Positions 57,325 to 64,000 of a stretch of 64,000 bases of DNA are shown here, piece after piece. Each line of letters begins with the position of its first letter. The first letter of the stretch is position 1. Below the pieces are notes generated by a model, which saw nothing but the letters and a program-made list of their open reading frames with translations, was not told where the DNA came from and did not search any database. The stretch covers positions 203,484,001 through 203,548,000 of the forward strand of contig OZ024741.1 in NCBI GenBank assembly GCA_964016885.1. The letters are read 5' to 3'. This DNA is from Eledone cirrhosa (Eukaryota). Made by a program: the position numbers and the translations under genes.

Positions 57325-59900
57325 ATCTTGGTTATCCATCGTAAACGATGATGATATCTTCTTTATTTTAGTTCCCGTCTGCCATGGGCAAGAAGGTGGC
57401 TGTGGAAGCCGATCGTTGACTTGCAGGTCCGGAGACAGTGGAGGCAGGCGAAGAGACCGGAGTCGCTAGGGGAAGCTGCTGATGCCTTTCTCCTCCTTTC
57501 ACGGGACTCAGTGACCTCTGCCCGTCTCTTCTCTTCAAAAGAGTCCTTGGTGCGTCTGGTAAGGGCTCGCCACTCAGTCCTGTCCTGAGCATGAGACTCG
57601 AGTTGTTTTGGCGCGATTCCAGTGTTGTTGATACTGGACTTCACGCAGTCTTTGAACCTCTTGAGAGGCCTGTCTCGCTTTCGTTTCCCCGAACTGAGTT
57701 CCCAATACATCAGTTGCTTCGGAAGTCTGTGATCGTCCATCCGGATGACATGTCCCACCCATCGAAGTCGGCTCTTCAGTATCATAGCTTCGAAACTGGT
57801 TGTCTCAGCCATGTCAAGAACTTCGATGTTGGAGACCATGTCCTGCCATTTGATGTTCATGATTGACCACAGGCTGCGCATGTGGAACCGTTCCAGCTGC
57901 TTCAGGTGCCTTCTGTACAGGGTCCATGTCTTAAATCCGTAGAGGAGGCTGGTGAGAACAACGGCCCTGCACACCTTGAGCTTGGTGGACTGACTGATAT
58001 TGTGCTGGTTCAGGACGCGTCCTCAGGCGGCCGAGGGCTTGACTGGCCTTGCAGATTCTGGCGTTTATCTCCTTGTCGAGGCTTCTATCGCTGCTGATGA
58101 CACTGCCGAGGTACTTGAAGTCGTCCACCGTCTTTAGGTGGGTGCCTCCGATGGAGATGGAATGAGGGTGGGCGACGGAGGCAGGTGCAGGCTGGAACAG
58201 GACCTCAGTCTTGTCAAGTCTAATTGTGAGACCGAAGTGGCAGGAGGCCTGCGCGAACTTGTTGACGATGAGTTGAAGTCAGACTCCCTGTGGGGCATGA
58301 GGGCACAGTCGTCAGCAAAAAGTGCCTCCAGGACGAGCCTCTGCATGATCCTTGTCTTGGCCGTCAGACCGCGCAGATCAAACAGGGAGCCGTCCAGTCT
58401 GTATCGCAGATACACTCCGTGCTCGAGGTCTCTGACGGCATGATTGAGCACGCAGGTGAAGAACAGGTTGAAGAGAGCCAGCACGCATCCTTGCTTGACG
58501 CCGTTGGTGATTCCGAACGGCTCCAATGCCTCTCCGCCCGATCGCACCTGCCTGGTCATGTCGTCATGGAATTGGCGTATCAGGCTCACAAACTTTGTCG
58601 GGCATCCAAACTTCGACAGGATCGACCAGAGGGCCTCCCTGTTGACAGTGTCGAAGGCCTTCGTCAAGTCTATGAAGACGGCAAAGAGGTCCATGTTCTG
58701 CTCGACACACTTCTCCTGCACCTGGCGTACAGAGAAGATCATGTCGATCGTGCTGCGGTTTGGGCAGAACCCACACTGGGCCACAGGCAGGTTATCCTCC
58801 GAGATGTTGGCGATGAGGCGGTTGAGCATGACCTTCGCCAGGACCTTCCCAGCGATGGACAGGAGAGAAATTCTCCGATAGTTGCCACAGTCAGTTTTGC
58901 TGCCTTTGTTCTTAAAAAGCGAGACAACTGTGGCATCGCTGACGTGGAGAGTGTGGAAGGCCCCCAGGGCAGATAGACCGGCCGACTTGAAGATCTTGGT
59001 AGGAATCCCGTCCTTCCCAGGGTCCTTTCCTGAGCTGGTCTGGTTGATTGCCTTCGTGACTTCATCCAACGTGGTGGTTGGGGGGGGGGGGGTCGAGGCT
59101 GCCGACTACCGGCTTCTGTGGGACCTGGTCGAGGGCGGCAGGGTCGATAGTGGAGAGCCTGTTGAGCAGGTTGCTGAAGTGCTCTCTCCACCCCGAGTTG
59201 ATGCTGCTCTTCTCCTTCAGCGGGATCGAGCCGTCAGCAGACAGCAGCGGAGTGGTGACAGGCTTGGGAGGGGGGGGGGGGAGTTTCGTAGACGTCTCCG
59301 ATGGCGCTGAAGCACATCTTGGAGTTCTTTGTCGCAGCGTATCTCTCGACTTCCTCGGTTTTCTTTTCCCACCTCTTGTCGTGCATTCTGCGTAGCGCTG
59401 CTTGGGTCTGCCTCTGGAGGTGCTTGAAGCGGTCGCGCTTCGAGGTGGAGGAGTTGTCATTCTGCCACTCAATGAAAGCCCTCCTCTTCTCGTCCAGGAG
59501 TTGTCTGATGCGCTCATCGTTTTCATCACACCAGTCCTGGTGGACTCTCTTCCTCGGCCCGATGGTTGCCTTGGCTAACTCTGTCACCTGCGACCTGAAC
59601 TGTTCCCACTGTTGAGTTGGGGGTCCGGTCAGTGGTCCATGGGCAGTCAGCCGGCCGTCCAGGTCTTCGGCGAACGCATCACGATGCTCTGGCTGCTTGA
59701 GTCGTGCGACGTCGAAAGCTGGCCTACAGACATTCGGTGTCTTGCGATGCGTCGGGGTGATGTGCAGGGGACAGGATGGTCCTGACAAGGCGATGGCCGG
59801 TCCAACACTCTGCACCACACATGGCCCTCGGATGTCCCTCCAGCGGCATATGGCAAAATCAATCAGATGCCACTGTTTGGATCTGGGGTGCATCCATGTC
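57325..59900 (-). mobile_element. Second RTE LINE copy, same family as 8947-12580, 5'-truncated within APE and frameshifted
   Basis: ORFs 59234-59956 (TWMHPRSKQWHLID), 58134-59069 (RT, FADD) and 57363-57974; same 3' terminus (TCTTGGTTRTCCATCGTAAACG on +). Confidence 0.92.
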
Positions 59901-60026
59901 ATACAATATATATACGTTATATACACAATATTTACATTATATATGATGTTAACCAAAGGAAAGGCAAAGATCGATACAACATAGCACCAGTGTCGTTGTA
60001 AATCATTTTTACAGGATGCGTGGACC

Positions 60027-60724
60027 CAGGGCCGGATTCAGGACTTGGGGAGCCCGGGACACTTCAGGTTTTATTTTGGTGGGGGTGGGGCGGGGGGGGG
60101 GGGGTGATGCACCTCATACACAAAAAATTAAAGTACCCCACAAACCCCCAAGTTTACATTTCAAAGTTGGCTTGGCGCAAGTAATTGCAAATCCCAAGAT
60201 ATTAAATGAAAAAATCTGATCACAATTTTAAGTGCACTTTCCACACTTAAATGTACTTAAAAACACACTCAAACACACACACTTACCCAAATATATATAT
60301 ACATTTATAAATACACCCATGCACATATATAGACATGTACACATATATGCATATATAGACATGTACACTATATTTTTGCATAAAACTGGACGATCGCATC
60401 CTCTTTCCTTCTACAACAACCATGTGGTGCCGCAAAAGTATAAACATTTCGAAGAATTGCCCACGGTATTTTTTGTTAAATATTGTCTTGGTAATGATTT
60501 AATGCCTCTAAATTTCGATGAATTGACTACATAATTGACATTAATTACTTTTTGTTAAAAATTACTATTCTGGTTTGTCTAAAAGATAAAACCAAAAAGC
60601 CCATCAGAAGCACGCCTTTGGCAATCACAGGGCACGTTCATCTTATTCTTGCCGATAGGGCTCCCAGCTGATGGAGGGCCGAGGGAAATGCCCCCCACTC
60701 CGCCTCGCTAGAAATCCGGCCCTG
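60027..60724. mobile_element. hAT-type non-autonomous DNA transposon nested in a SINE
   Basis: 12-bp TIR CAGGGCCGGATT / AATCCGGCCCTG; degenerate 8-bp TSD CGTGGACC / CGTGAACT. Confidence 0.75.
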
Positions 60725-61719
60725 CGTGAACTGGAGAAACGTGATATAGTGCTTTGTAAAACGCGCCGCATAGTCTTGGAATCGAACTCACGCCTTTACA
60801 ATCGTGAGCTTAATATTCACTAAGGCACGCGTCTGCACTTGTTTAAAATATCTGTCCCATAATCTCAATGTTAATCACGCCAAATAAACTGTTGTAATAT
60901 TATATAACAGTGTAAGGAGCGTGTCTTAATGGTTTGTGTATACGGCTCACTATTGTGAAGTCTTGAATTCGATTCCCGGTGGACCATTGTGTCTTTGAGC
61001 AAGACAATTTATTTCTTGTTGCTTTAGTTCATTATGATCCCAGAACTCATTCGCTTCCATTGGCCTTTCCTTTGCTGGTACTATTACCGGTCGCAACTCC
61101 TGGCAGAAGGAGTAACGTGAAATGAAGTATCTTGCTCAAGAGCATAACGCATTCCCCTGTCCGCAAATCGAACTCACAACATCACAATTGTGAATCGAGT
61201 CCCCTAATCACTAAGCCACTTTAGCAAAAAGCAAATTGTTCCTGTAACTCAAAAGGCCAACCTTGTCATAAACTGTGTCATGCTGAATTTTCTAGAAAAT
61301 TATGTTAACCGTACAAGTGTCTGTGGAATGTGTAAGCACTTGAATATGACTTCCATGAGCAAGTTGTTCCGATGTTTGGAAAACTGGAATACTCATCATC
61401 GGAACCGACGGTAGTCCAACAATTACTCTGTGTTTACATAATGTTGTTTACATTAGTTGACATAAATATGTGTGTACAAACATACCATATGCGTATTTAC
61501 ACTGTATATGTATACTTATACACTATATATGTGTATATAAACTTTGCATGTGAGTATATGTACTATATATATGTATATATACTGTAAGCGTAAATAGATG
61601 TAAGTTATTGATACAAGTGTTGGGATCAAGAAATCAATTTTTCTATTTATTATTATCGAATCTGTCAGCCATTTTGTTCCCACCACCACCACCATCTCCC
61701 TTTCTCTTTCTGCGTATAT

Positions 61720-61782
<63 letters not shown>

Positions 61783-61822
61783 TATATACACATACAGTCA
61801 TCCACACAAATGCGCATATATA

Positions 61823-61951
<129 letters not shown>

Positions 61952-62233
61952 CTTTTGGTCGTTTTGGGAGCCTCAACAATGCAGATGGGTAATTCTCCGG
62001 GTAACAGGATCCGGTGGTGAAGAAAGAGATGTAAGGGAATGTAGAATGAGATGTATAGTGTGTAGAAGAACGTAGGAAAGAGCGTAAAAATAAAAATAAT
62101 AACACGAGATAGATCCTTGGGAGAGATTTAATTGTCCCTATATTTCGGATTCGCATCCAACTAGGGGTTTTTCCAGGGAGGAAAGGTTATATGTCGGAGA
62201 GGAATGGAACGTGTCCTCTGCTGTTGGCTGTAC

Positions 62234-62296
<63 letters not shown>

Positions 62297-62299
<3 letters not shown>

Positions 62300-64000
62300 T
62301 TCGTTTCTGAATTTGTTTAACAAGATTCTTTATCTGAAAACGTGTGTTGAAACCGATATTGTTTTTCTTTGGCAGGGTCATGTTGCCAATAAGAAACACA
62401 TGCAGCAGTTGCTTTCACTTCAATTTATTATAAATTAAATTATAAATTTAAAAATTTATAAATTTCCGGTTGGTTGGTTGGTTTCACAACCGGACGGTTA
62501 TTCATATATTGTCAAAGTTCTTTCGTCACACATTCTGTGACCTCTTCAGTGACTGGGGATTCTTCTCTTTGTTTTGTGCCTCTCCTCTGTCCTACACCAT
62601 CTTGTTTTTGTGTGTGTTGCGTGCTGAGTTTGCGCATGTGTTACATCCGGGTGTCTGTGTGTTTATTTGTTTATTTATTTGTTTATTTATATGTTACTAG
62701 TTAGTTTGTTCTATCTGTGTGTGTTTTCATTTTGTCCTTAATTGTAAGTTGTGATGTTGCTATTCCATTCATGTTTTCTACATAATTTTGGTTGGAGTTC
62801 ATTTATGTTTATTGCCTCTGTGATTTGCCTCTTTTCTGTGTGTAGATTTTTTTTTTATTTCTATGTTATCTAATTTGCCCTTATGTTCTGTTTTAACATC
62901 TTGGTGGATTACTGATGAGTCTTTTCTATCTTGGAGTTCTCGCAAGTGTTCATTTAATCGTTCACCTATGCTACGAGCTGTCTCACCTATGTACATTATA
63001 TTCTTATCTTTACATTGTCCCTTAGTACATCTTATGCTATATACTATGTTTCTAGTTTTACAGTTAATATGGGGGCTTAGTTTACAGATTATGCATGCAT
63101 TTCCTATCTATACAGGGAGGTCTTTGAAAAGGATATGTATTACAAATAAGTGTTTTTATGGATGTACCTGGTCTTTCCACTATCTTAATATTTAGTTTAA
63201 GTTTATCTAGGGCCCATCTAAATTTGTAAGCTAGTTCACCTCTAGGGGTTGTATTGATGAACATTACACTCTGGTATTTATTGCTATCATACCATGAGTT
63301 TATTTTATTTATCTTATTTCTAGTTCTTTCTATTATATTCCAAAATTTGCTCCTATACAAGGGGCAGGTCCAATTTGTATCATTATTTACCATGTTTTCC
63401 CATTTGGTTCTGGCTCCTCTATATACTCTGATTTTATCTCTCTCATTGTAACCGGAGAATTGCATACGGTGGATAAAGCGTTGTATGTGTCTCTCTAGTT
63501 CTTTGGGGTTGCACATGCGGGACACGTTCCTCATCACCCTTACTAAATCAGCAATCAGTATATTGATTTTGGTGTGATCCGAAACAGCTGAGTTTCGGTG
63601 GATCAGGTATTTGGAAATCATGATTTGTTTATTATTATTAATGGTTTCTAACCAGAGCTCTGTGCCTAGTACAGGTAATCGATGGTTGCGGTGTTTGCTT
63701 GGGTAGTCTATAATAACTTTGATACTCTGGTGGATGGAGCTAGCTATTTGCTGGATGCTTTCCATGGTGTTTTTCTCTAATTCCTGACTGTTCTCTAGTG
63801 GGGATGTTTTTACACACACAGACACCCAGATATAACACATGCGTAAACTAAGCACACAACACGCACAAAAATAAGATGGCGTAGGACAGAACAAAGGAGA
63901 GGCAAAAAACAGAGAAAATAATCCCCTGTCACTGAAGAGGTCACAGAATGTGTGACGAAAGAACTTTGACAATATATGAACAACCGTCCGGTTCTGGAAC
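62297..64000 (-). mobile_element. Penelope-like element family A, more decayed, 5'-truncated with inverted pLTR (63812-64000, runs off window)
   Basis: ORFs 63082-63972 and 62799-62996 are homologous to 41113-42342; HHRs lie at both ends. Confidence 0.88.

Overview
AT-rich, (TA)n/(CA)n-laden metazoan DNA with no recognisable host gene. The SINE families resemble octopod cephalopod repeats from memory, so the taxon is an inference. The window is almost entirely mobile and repetitive DNA: two decayed RTE-clade LINEs, one 5'-truncated R4/Dong-like RLE LINE, several Penelope-like elements (PLEs, RT + GIY-YIG) with inverted pseudo-LTRs (pLTRs), tRNA-derived SINEs, a non-autonomous Helitron, and hAT- and Tigger-type MITEs. 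The main finding is a ~20 kb tandem array (~14097-34480, roughly 48 units of ~430 bp). Nearly every unit carries a minimal type I hammerhead ribozyme (HHR) motif, CGGTG-CTGACGA-TAGCTAATAAGCTT-GAAA-CTAG-TA-CATCG, inside a strongly self-complementary unit. It looks like a retrozyme-type self-cleaving satellite that could yield ~430-nt monomeric or circular RNAs. About ten other distinct HHR or HHR-like families lie in PLE pLTRs and in the many fold-back repeats. All folds were done by eye, boundaries are approximate, and catalytic activity is untested. Most ORF-track entries (YI/CV/TH repeats, satellite ORFs) are not real genes.
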